Both the position numbers and the translations under genes were made by a program. Shown here piece after piece: positions 29,522-37,816 of a DNA stretch of 64,000 nt. The stretch's first letter is position 1; each line of letters starts with the position of its first letter. The notes beneath the pieces are model-generated. The model was given only the letters and a program-made list of their open reading frames with translations, had not been told where the DNA came from and did no database searches. The stretch spans positions 186,001-250,000 of IMG/VR virus record IMGVR_UViG_3300027896_005002. One strand, written 5' to 3'.

Positions 29522-30043
29522 TCATAATAAATTAACAATTTTATATTCTGTTTTATAAACTGTCTGACCCTTTATTTTTGTAGCTTCAACATCTACAACA
29601 GTCGCTGCAACGAGATTTTGATGTATTTTGTTTGGATGCAAAATTTCATCAATTAATCCTACATGGACCCATCGTCCAAATTCAAATATTAATTGCGAAT
29701 ATTTTACATCTGATGATGCAATTTTATTAAATATATCTTTAAGTTTCCCATTAGCAACAATCAAATCAGCAGCTTCACCATCAGAATGTTGAGACGTAAG
29801 TGATCCATTAACTGCTATATTTAACTGTTTACATCTAAATCCTGATGTAATAACAAAAGGTCCAATTAGATCCCATACAGGATCAAGTACATCAGTTGCT
29901 AATTTAGTTAGATTATCAATAAACATCATTGCATTTTCAACATTTATATCTAACAAATCTCTATGTTCAGTATTTGTTAACATTCCAAAAGTAATATATT
30001 TTGATAACTGATAATTTAAAGGTATTAATGATTCGGTACTCAT
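29522..30043 (-). CDS. Peptidase M15A (endolysin-type)
   Basis: ITSGFRC..LN.AVNG...SQH..GEAAD, QLIFE, WVHV. Confidence 0.85.
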   Translation of the reverse strand: MSTESLIPLNYQLSKYITFGMLTNTEHRDLLDINVENAMMFIDNLTKLATDVLDPVWDLIGPFVITSGFRCKQLNIAVNGSLTSQHSDGEAADLIVANGKLKDIFNKIASSDVKYSQLIFEFGRWVHVGLIDEILHPNKIHQNLVAATVVDVEATKIKGQTVYKTEYKIVNLL

Positions 30044-30467
30044 TTATTTACCTTTCTTAAATCATTCATTGGAAACTCTTTATAACAAATGCTATTAGTA
30101 TCTTTATCTTTATATTGTACTGTGCAACAATTTTTTGCTGTCATTGATACAATTCTACCACAAGATTCTTTACTAATAATTTCTATAATATCATTAATTT
30201 CTAATTTTTCGTCATCATTTATCTTTGATTCATATAAATCAATAGCAATATTTTCATGTTGTTTTGCTATATATTTAACCGTTTCATTCGGTGCAAAAAA
30301 TATTGGATCGCTACAATTATATTTGCTAGCTTCTCTTACGCTATTTTTTTTATATAATGTTCTCTTCAGGAAAAATAGTCCTGAAATAGGAACATTATGA
30401 AAGGTTATTCTTTTAGATGGAATCGCAGTTATCCTGCGCATAATACCTCTGAATTTTTATTTTAATC

Positions 30468-31031
30468 TTAAAATCTATAACCTTTATTAAGCAAATCTTC
30501 AATTTCTTCTTCCTCTTTTGCTCTATCTAAAATTCGTTTTGCACGTTCTGATGTCAACATCCTTTTACTTTTACGATGTTTTTTCAAATATTTCTTTTGC
30601 TCTTTTATAGATAAATCATGTCAACTTCGTGCTTCTTTAATAAATTCACCTTGAATAGTAGCAAAATGTTTTGCAATCTTTTTTACATTTTCTATTGGCA
30701 CATTATCTTTTCCAGAACCATCATCATATTTTATATTCACTGTTTGTCGGTCTAAATTCACAATGTTTCCAGGTTTTCCTTCGTGTTCAACCTTGTCACC
30801 CATCATAGCAATATTGCCGTCATTATATAATAAACGTTTTCTTTGATTTATAAATTCACCGTCAGCTTGTTTTTTTATATCCATTGTTAACTCTATATTT
30901 GGTTTTGACACTTCAGCACTTAGAGATATTTTCTGAACGCCTCCAAGTTGTTGACCGTCAACAAAGACTTTGGTTCTTGCAGTTCTACCATCAGTTTCAA
31001 TTACGAGTTTTTTGTAGTTCATATTAATCAC
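30468..31031 (-). CDS. Protein with internal leader motif interrupted by TGA at the conserved Trp (ORF track stops at 30621)
   Basis: ...KHFATIQGEFIKEARS*HDLSIKEQKKYLKKHRKSKRMLT...GYRF*; frame stays open for 50 codons after the TGA. Confidence 0.6.
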
Positions 31032-31446
31032 TCAAATTTTTTATTTTTTTCATCATATCTGTTTTACTTAATAATCTATTACTTTCTTTACTGTCATCTT
31101 CATTTGAATCTTCATGTGATTTAAAAAACAAATATTTTTCAGTATTAAAAACAAATTCTATAAAATACCATTTTCCTTTTATTTTAAGCCTAACACCATG
31201 ATCACTTGATTTAACATTTGTAATATTTGGAATATTGGATAATTCTGTAGCTATTTTCTCAGCTTTAATTGTATTAGTGACTTTCCTTTTATGATATGCT
31301 TGATTTTCTGTTAAAACTTTACCAGTCAATCGTCTTTTTGACTTTGGATGTTTTTTCAAATATTTTCTTTGTTCATCAAAAGACAAATCATTCCATTTTC
31401 TTGCTTCTTTAATAAATTCAGATTGAATTGCAGCTAAATGTTGCAT
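31024..31446 (-). CDS. Leader-family protein, unknown payload
   Basis: MQHLAAIQSEFIKEARKWNDLSFDEQRKYLKKHPKSKRRLT. Confidence 0.7.
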   Translation of the reverse strand: MQHLAAIQSEFIKEARKWNDLSFDEQRKYLKKHPKSKRRLTGKVLTENQAYHKRKVTNTIKAEKIATELSNIPNITNVKSSDHGVRLKIKGKWYFIEFVFNTEKYLFFKSHEDSNEDDSKESNRLLSKTDMMKKIKNLSD

Positions 31447-31800
31447 TCATTCCTCTATCTGTTCAGGTGTAACTTCCCTTAAACCATCATCACCTTTATC
31501 TCTATATTTCTTATCAACTCTTACCATAATAACACCGTGTTCTTCTTCAACATCAACAATTTTTCCAGCTTCTGCAGGCCATCCTTCTTTTTTATTTGCT
31601 TTGAGACGAACTTTCTGACCCTTTTCAAAATCAGGCATACTTGTACGACCACTACCACCGCCTCGGCCAAAAAAGTTCGTCAATTGTCTCTTACTTTTAG
31701 GATGTCGTCTTAAATAAGCTTTTTGCTGTTTTAAAGACAATTTTTCCCATTTACGAGCTTCTTTAATAAATTCAGATTGAATTTGAGCTATGTGTTTCAT
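31447..31800 (-). CDS. Leader-family protein, SH3/KOW-like payload
   Basis: MKHIAQIQSEFIKEARKWEKLSLKQQKAYLRRHPKSKRQLT, Gly linker, FEKGQKVRL...GKIVDV...VRVD. Confidence 0.7.
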   Translation of the reverse strand: MKHIAQIQSEFIKEARKWEKLSLKQQKAYLRRHPKSKRQLTNFFGRGGGSGRTSMPDFEKGQKVRLKANKKEGWPAEAGKIVDVEEEHGVIMVRVDKKYRDKGDDGLREVTPEQIEE

Positions 31801-33746
31801 ATTGTATTTCCTAACGAAACATCAGAAGGTTGTTCTTCAGGGAAAATATTTGAATTAAATTGATTTGCTTGTGTCAAAAACTGATTTGCATCAGATGCTG
31901 ACCGATCCATAACTTTCTTAAGTTCATCTTTAAATGCTATTTTATTGACAATGTTAGGTTCTAAAGCCTCAACTAATTTATTAACTGATCCCCAAGCAAC
32001 AGTACCTACACGGCGAACAGTGCCAATATCTGTAGCATATTTCAATGCGACATCAGTTATTTGCTTTACTATTCCAGCATTAATACGTTTATGCTCATGA
32101 TTTGAATTAATAAAAGCCTTGATCATTGTTGAATTGCCGTCTTCAGCAACTTTAAGCTCTAATTTATTCAATTCAAACTCATTGGCGATCTTTTTGACTT
32201 TTGCATATTTTACAAATTGCAGAGCTTGTTTTCTGCCATCAAGTGATGCAGATTTTACAATCTTTAGTCCAGTAGTAGGACACAGGCCAGTTGAATTATC
32301 CTCAAGTTTACAAATATTACCTGCTTTAATTTGGAATAATGTATTTACTTTCCTGGATATTGTATCATAAGCTCTCTTTAATTCACTAGTATTAGCATAT
32401 AAACTAGAATCTATATATGTTAATCCTAACAATTGAGCTTCTTTATCAGCAGCTAATTTTTCAATTGCACTTTTTGCTACTTTATCTCCATACATCTTTG
32501 TGACTGATGTTCTAATTTCATCAATCGGTGCATGCCCAGATTTCAAAGAGTATGCTAATTTAATAGCACTTGCGAGTTTAGCTTCTTCAACTGTTACAGC
32601 CATTTCTGCTTTCTTATTCTCAATTTTATTAGAAGTTTCTTTTGAAGCAAGTCGGCTTAAAATAGTTGCATTAGCTTTATTAACAAAATTCAAATATTTT
32701 ACAATATCGGTTTTTGCTTCTTTAAAATAAGCATCAACTCTTTCTTTACCATATCTTTTTGATATTTCAGCTTTTGCCGTTCTAATTGAGCTATTTGTCA
32801 GTAAAAATTGTTTGAAAGCATTTCCAACATCTAAATCAACTTTACCAAGTTTCTGAATTGGTTCTTCAACTTTGCTAACTTTTATGGGTTCATTGTTTTG
32901 TAGTCTTTCATTATGATTAGATGCTGATACTCTATTTTCAATGTTTTCTTTTATCTTACCCATGCAAGCTTCTTTTAGGCTTGTCATACTTGCAGTTCTT
33001 TTATCATTTAAATCTGATAAAAAGCTATTAAGAACAGTTTCAGGATTTTCATTTGCAAGTCTACTATAATATTTTGATAAATCACTTGATTTTACAAGAT
33101 ATGAATTAACATATTTTAATGTAGCAAATTTTTTAATAACAGCAGTTGCTTCTGCAGCAGTTTTGATTTGAGGATTTTCAGTAATACTTAAATTAAGTTT
33201 TAAACAATGTGATTTCTTATTAAAATTGCAATCATCACATTTACTTATTTTTTTAATATATTTAACTGCGATACTTGCTACTTTATTATTTGTTTTTTGA
33301 ATTATAGATAGATCATTACAATTATCTGCTAAGGATGCATCTAAATAGATATAACCTAATTTACCAAATTCTTTTTCCAAAGACGCTGTTTTTTGTTCGA
33401 AGAATGATGAAAGTTCATTTTTACTATATCGTTGTTTAAGAACTGTTGCCATCTTTTCAATACTTAATCCAGACATTAACAGTTTTCTGGCCTGTGTTTC
33501 AATACTATCCGTCGATGCTTTTGGAATAATTTGACTTATTTTTCTGGTAGAATCATCTAACATTATTGGTTGATCTTGAAAATTCTTTTTATTCCAAGTC
33601 GACGACGTTCCTGCATATTTAACAGGCTTGTGTTCGACGACCTGATCATCTTTTAAGTCACCACTATTACTGAACTCATCAGATGCAAGTTTATCCAACC
33701 ATGATGACATTGGTTGGTGCTGGTCGTCAAATACTTGTTTTTTCAT
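31797..33746 (-). CDS. Putative virion/head protein with internal duplication and many [KR]xA motifs
   Basis: LGYIYLDASL vs LGLTYIDSSL, two Cys clusters; KYA, KTAS, KVAS, KTAA, RTAS, KEA, RLAS, KSAS, KIA. Confidence 0.5.
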   Translation of the reverse strand: MKKQVFDDQHQPMSSWLDKLASDEFSNSGDLKDDQVVEHKPVKYAGTSSTWNKKNFQDQPIMLDDSTRKISQIIPKASTDSIETQARKLLMSGLSIEKMATVLKQRYSKNELSSFFEQKTASLEKEFGKLGYIYLDASLADNCNDLSIIQKTNNKVASIAVKYIKKISKCDDCNFNKKSHCLKLNLSITENPQIKTAAEATAVIKKFATLKYVNSYLVKSSDLSKYYSRLANENPETVLNSFLSDLNDKRTASMTSLKEACMGKIKENIENRVSASNHNERLQNNEPIKVSKVEEPIQKLGKVDLDVGNAFKQFLLTNSSIRTAKAEISKRYGKERVDAYFKEAKTDIVKYLNFVNKANATILSRLASKETSNKIENKKAEMAVTVEEAKLASAIKLAYSLKSGHAPIDEIRTSVTKMYGDKVAKSAIEKLAADKEAQLLGLTYIDSSLYANTSELKRAYDTISRKVNTLFQIKAGNICKLEDNSTGLCPTTGLKIVKSASLDGRKQALQFVKYAKVKKIANEFELNKLELKVAEDGNSTMIKAFINSNHEHKRINAGIVKQITDVALKYATDIGTVRRVGTVAWGSVNKLVEALEPNIVNKIAFKDELKKVMDRSASDANQFLTQANQFNSNIFPEEQPSDVSLGNTI

Positions 33747-33797
33747 AATTCTTCCTTTAAATTCTAAAAAATACCTATTGGAAAAAGGAATATCTAT

Positions 33798-34196
33798 TTA
33801 TTTTACTGGCGCTTCATTAAATATTCTTACAACAGATTTTTTATCTTCTGAAATTTTCCAAAAATCTTTTGTTGCTGAATTTTGATAAAGATCAACTTTA
33901 CCAGCAACTTTGACGAAGGAACCAGTACGTCTTGCTTGTCTCATTTCAAACAATGACATTGTTGTCTTTTCAGTACTTGCTGTTTTGACTTCTGGTTTTT
34001 TCTCTTCAACATTGGCTGTCTTAACTTCAGGTTTCTTTTCCTCAACACTTGCAGTTTTCTTAACTTCAGTTTCAGGTTTCTTTTCCTCAACACTTGCCGT
34101 CTTATTCATTCCGGCAGTTTTTTCCGTAGCCTGTTCTTCTTTTTCTACAATTGAATCAAGAAAACTGGAATTACCTTGACGTCTTGACGTAATCAT
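33798..34196 (-). CDS. Putative head/scaffold protein with KTASVEEKKPE repeats
   Basis: Likely start MITSRRQ at 34196 (GGAG RBS); 3-4 tandem KTA[SN]VEEKKPE units; C-terminal QN..TKDFW motif. Confidence 0.55.
   Translation of the reverse strand: MITSRRQGNSSFLDSIVEKEEQATEKTAGMNKTASVEEKKPETEVKKTASVEEKKPEVKTANVEEKKPEVKTASTEKTTMSLFEMRQARRTGSFVKVAGKVDLYQNSATKDFWKISEDKKSVVRIFNEAPVK
33975..34105. repeat. Coding tandem repeat (~36-45 bp units)
   Basis: ggtttcttttcctcaacacttgc-like unit repeated three times. Confidence 0.7.
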
Positions 34197-34206
34197 AATT
34201 AACTCC

Positions 34207-34467
34207 TTATCCTTTAACAATGTTTGAAACAATTCTAACTATTTTTCCTTGTTTAGCTATCCAAAAATCTTTAGTTTCATCATTTTGATGCATTTCTAAA
34301 TCTGCCTGTTGATTTATTCTTCCAGGCACAAATGATGCAATTTTTTCAATATTAGATTCAGGAACATCAATCATTCTAGACAGAAACATTCCTGGCATAT
34401 CTTCAGATATGTTTGCATCCTTTAACAAATATGAATGTTCTTCTGCAATTCTATCTATTATTGACAT
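34207..34467 (-). CDS. Small paralog sharing C-terminal domain with 33798-34196
   Basis: KIASF...DLEMHQNDETKDFW...IVRI vs DLYQNSATKDFW...VVRI. Confidence 0.55.
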   Translation of the reverse strand: MSIIDRIAEEHSYLLKDANISEDMPGMFLSRMIDVPESNIEKIASFVPGRINQQADLEMHQNDETKDFWIAKQGKIVRIVSNIVKG

Positions 34468-34474
34468 GATATCC

Positions 34475-34999
34475 TTACTTTATTTTAATTTTATTTTCAT
34501 CTTCTTCAGGTTTTTTCGGTTCAACCTTTTTAGGTATTTCTTTCTTTTCTTCTTTCTTTGGTTCTTCTTTTGGTGGCTGTTTTACTGGTGGTTTTTGTGG
34601 TTGTTGTTGAACCTGAGGTTGTGGTTTCTTAATATCTGCTTCTTTGTCCCCTTTTTCTTCATCTTCATCATTATAAAATTCTTTAGAAGCATCATTAAAG
34701 CCTTGAACATCCTGCATGACTTGCTGTGCCAAATTCAACGGTCTGTTCTTCAGAATTGTCTTCTTGTCATTAAATTCAAATTGACCTAATGAATTAGACA
34801 CGTTTTGAATTGAATCACTAAATCTGACCGCATAAAGATCCAAAGCATTTTTAGCATTTTCAAATTGATCTTTAGTGATCTTTTCATCTTCAATCGCATT
34901 TGCCAGTTCCTCTAATATAAGATCATCTCGATATCCGGCAACGATTGCTTCGATAATTGCTTCAACCACATTTCCATCTTTTAGGTTTAAAACTGACAT
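34475..34999 (-). CDS. Hypothetical protein with Pro/Lys/Glu-rich tail
   Basis: AGGAGG before MSVLNL; low-complexity C-terminus. Confidence 0.55.
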   Translation of the reverse strand: MSVLNLKDGNVVEAIIEAIVAGYRDDLILEELANAIEDEKITKDQFENAKNALDLYAVRFSDSIQNVSNSLGQFEFNDKKTILKNRPLNLAQQVMQDVQGFNDASKEFYNDEDEEKGDKEADIKKPQPQVQQQPQKPPVKQPPKEEPKKEEKKEIPKKVEPKKPEEDENKIKIK

Positions 35000-35074
35000 A
35001 TTTATCCTCCTATGTAATTTTATCAATGTACTTACTAATACATTGATAGATTAATTAATAAAACAAATATTTAA

Positions 35075-35989
35075 TTATCTCTTGAAAAAATTGCGGAGGG
35101 ACTTAAATTTAGTCCTATTGAACTGAATCTTTTTGTGAGGCTTCTTACCAGTAGATAATCTTTTAATTTTAAGTTTCTTAAGTCGCTTCTTCTTTGGAGT
35201 CTTTAATACAATTACTTGATCTTTATCAAGTTCAACATAATTATCAACTTCATTTACAGCTTTCATCTTTGTTTGCGAACAATATAATGATTTTTGTTTT
35301 GTCAAATTATCAAATATCTTATAATACTCTAAAGCTTTCTCATCATTTTTAGATTTCTTCTTTAATTTCTTTAATCCTTGCTTCAATCTGGCAGAAACAG
35401 CTGATTGCGAAATACCCAATTCTTTTGATACAACTCTTTGATTATGTTTAAAAAAATACAACATCATTGCTTCAAGTTGCCTCTTAGACATATGTCTTAA
35501 AAGACATTCTCTCATATCGTCAACATTAATTTTTCTATTTTGATAAAAGTGAAGTATTCTTCTGATTGCACGCTTTTTATAATAATTAACCATTTCCTGA
35601 GAAAGACCTAATATTACACCAATATCTTCTTGAATCTTACTATGATCAAATATCAATACCATTATATCGCGCTCAAAATCAGGCAACAAATTGTGAATAA
35701 TAAATCTTATCTCAACTAACTTTTCTTCTTCATCATCAGTATAAAAACCTTGGGAACGAGTAGTAGCATTTTCAGACGAAGAAAAAAATGTCGATAATGA
35801 ACTATTATCAACATTAATTTCTTTTTTGAATCCGGCAGATTTAAAAAGTGACTTTACATAATTATTTCGTGTCTTAATAGTATTAACATCAGGTATACAA
35901 TCATTAAAAGCATCAAATATTGCATCTGATGCTGACGTTACATCTTTTAGCAAATCTTGTGGCAGGTCATCAAAGAATTTTTGGTTCAT
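35075..35989 (-). CDS. Sigma-70 region-4-like double-HTH transcription factor
   Basis: QEDIGVILGLSQEMVNYYKKRA and QRVVSKELGISQSAVSARLKQG. Confidence 0.65.
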   Translation of the reverse strand: MNQKFFDDLPQDLLKDVTSASDAIFDAFNDCIPDVNTIKTRNNYVKSLFKSAGFKKEINVDNSSLSTFFSSSENATTRSQGFYTDDEEEKLVEIRFIIHNLLPDFERDIMVLIFDHSKIQEDIGVILGLSQEMVNYYKKRAIRRILHFYQNRKINVDDMRECLLRHMSKRQLEAMMLYFFKHNQRVVSKELGISQSAVSARLKQGLKKLKKKSKNDEKALEYYKIFDNLTKQKSLYCSQTKMKAVNEVDNYVELDKDQVIVLKTPKKKRLKKLKIKRLSTGKKPHKKIQFNRTKFKSLRNFFKR

Positions 35990-36159
35990 GATGTATATTA
36001 CACATTAGTCCCATTCACTTCGTTAACTAAGTCTTGTTCTTTACTGGCACAATCATCACAATACAATTGACCATTTTTCTTGACCTTTGCATCATTACCA
36101 CAAATACAACATTTACTTAATACATTCATTGGCTGTGGTGATCCAACTTTGGTAAACAT

Positions 36160-37077
36160 TTAGTCCTCCCAAACACACGATTCAGGTAACTTATCCGGTC
36201 TCAGATAGTCAAACTGCGGGTTTTTATAACTATTTGTTGTCTTACTATCTGAGCGAAATTGAATAACTTTACCCATATATAAATTCATATTTGACCGAAA
36301 ATCATCTGCCTGTTCTCTAGTAAGTCCACTAACATTTGCCACAGGCACTAACGTTCTTTTCCTATATTGAGCAACTCTAATTGATGACACAAAATCATCA
36401 GGATATTTTTCATCTAACTTAAAACCAACAATTACTGCATCATATGTCTCAAAACTTTTTAATTTTCTCCAAAATTTCGACTTTAAAAACTGATAATCTG
36501 ATTCATCAAATTTAAATAATACACCTTTTTCTTCGCTTCTTGATTCTAAAATCTTTTTCCAAAACAGTCGCTTGTCATTATTATTTATTATAACCTTTAT
36601 CAACTCAATGTTAAAAGTTGACTGAACAATTTTTTCTAACTGCTGTCGTCGATATAACAATGTCTTTTCTACTAATGACTTATTTCCCAAATAGATAATA
36701 TCAAATATAACATATTTCAAAAAACCATACTGTTCTTGTAACCTAACGGCGTCATCAATGTCTGAATTGATTATCTGAAAAGTTTGTGATACAGGTCTTC
36801 CTGGTAAATAAACTTCACCATCGAGTAATGTACCATTTGGCAAACCCATTTTCTTCAAATCATTATATATTTTAAAAAACTTATATTTGAAATCATTAAT
36901 ATTCTCTTTTCCATCCCTTGCATATCGACCGGCAAAAGATACATCATCAACAATCAAACTTTGAATCCTGCGACCATTAATCTTTTGTTCTAATGTCCAA
37001 CTTGAATCATCAAAATACATGTCAGACTTACTTATCTGAATCGTTTTTGGATCCATTAATCGAACAAAATCAATCAT
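36160..37077 (-). CDS. ATP-dependent DNA ligase
   Basis: EQKINGRR (motif I variant), LLDGEV, VIFDII, EKGVLFK, WRKLK, OB domain. Confidence 0.8.
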   Translation of the reverse strand: MIDFVRLMDPKTIQISKSDMYFDDSSWTLEQKINGRRIQSLIVDDVSFAGRYARDGKENINDFKYKFFKIYNDLKKMGLPNGTLLDGEVYLPGRPVSQTFQIINSDIDDAVRLQEQYGFLKYVIFDIIYLGNKSLVEKTLLYRRQQLEKIVQSTFNIELIKVIINNNDKRLFWKKILESRSEEKGVLFKFDESDYQFLKSKFWRKLKSFETYDAVIVGFKLDEKYPDDFVSSIRVAQYRKRTLVPVANVSGLTREQADDFRSNMNLYMGKVIQFRSDSKTTNSYKNPQFDYLRPDKLPESCVWED

Positions 37078-37100
37078 AATTTTCAGAATTGAATTCTAAT

Positions 37101-37802
37101 TTATTTATTGTCTGTTTTAATTTCTATTTGTTTCAAATTCACATCTGACAAATTCTTCTTGAAATCATCTAAAAAAACGGTCATATCTTCAGGTAATGCT
37201 TTTTTCGTAACTGCAGCTTTAGCTTTTCGAACTAACCTATCAGTTCCTGACAATATTTTTTCTAACTCATCAATTTTGTCTTTTGTTTGCTTCATTATTG
37301 CAAGAAGATCTTCATTTACTTTCTTCAATTCTTTTAACTTTTCATCATAATCAGATTCCATATGAAAAGTTATTGAACTGTCAACTGTACTGCGATCAAA
37401 TTCTTTGTTACTAATTACTAATGCAACAATAATTTTATTCTCTTTACTTTGATGTTCTGGATTCATTGATAGCACAACTCTGTGTCGACCTGTTCGAACT
37501 GAAGTAGGTAAATCATTTCCCTCCATGATTTCAAAATCAACTGCCGCATTCAAACCCATATCTTTTAAAGTTTTTGACATTAATGAAATTTTACCGCCAA
37601 ACATAACTTTTACAAATTCCTTTTTGTATTGTTCAATATCATCATCACTCTTTTTTGCTTCTTCTTTTGTCGCTTCCAATTTTGCTTTTAAATTGTTAAC
37701 CTGATCTTCAATGTTTTGTTCTTGTTCTGATACCAAAACATCAATAACATCTCGAGCATCAAACTTTAATTCCAAATCGGGTTTTACCTTCAATTCATTC
37801 AT
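37101..37802 (-). CDS. Coiled-coil hypothetical protein
   Basis: 233 aa with heptad-rich segments. Confidence 0.5.
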   Translation of the reverse strand: MNELKVKPDLELKFDARDVIDVLVSEQEQNIEDQVNNLKAKLEATKEEAKKSDDDIEQYKKEFVKVMFGGKISLMSKTLKDMGLNAAVDFEIMEGNDLPTSVRTGRHRVVLSMNPEHQSKENKIIVALVISNKEFDRSTVDSSITFHMESDYDEKLKELKKVNEDLLAIMKQTKDKIDELEKILSGTDRLVRKAKAAVTKKALPEDMTVFLDDFKKNLSDVNLKQIEIKTDNK

Positions 37803-37816
37803 AAAATACCTCTCAG

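Noticed and set aside
23473-31800. Leader repeats as a CRISPR array or integron attC cassettes
   Set aside because: Repeats are in-frame coding sequence with irregular gene-sized spacing, not palindromic; no cas or integrase gene in window
34207-34467. MSIIDRIAEEHSYLLKDA as a ninth leader copy
   Set aside because: Only the terminal KxA matches; lacks the H..IQ.EF core
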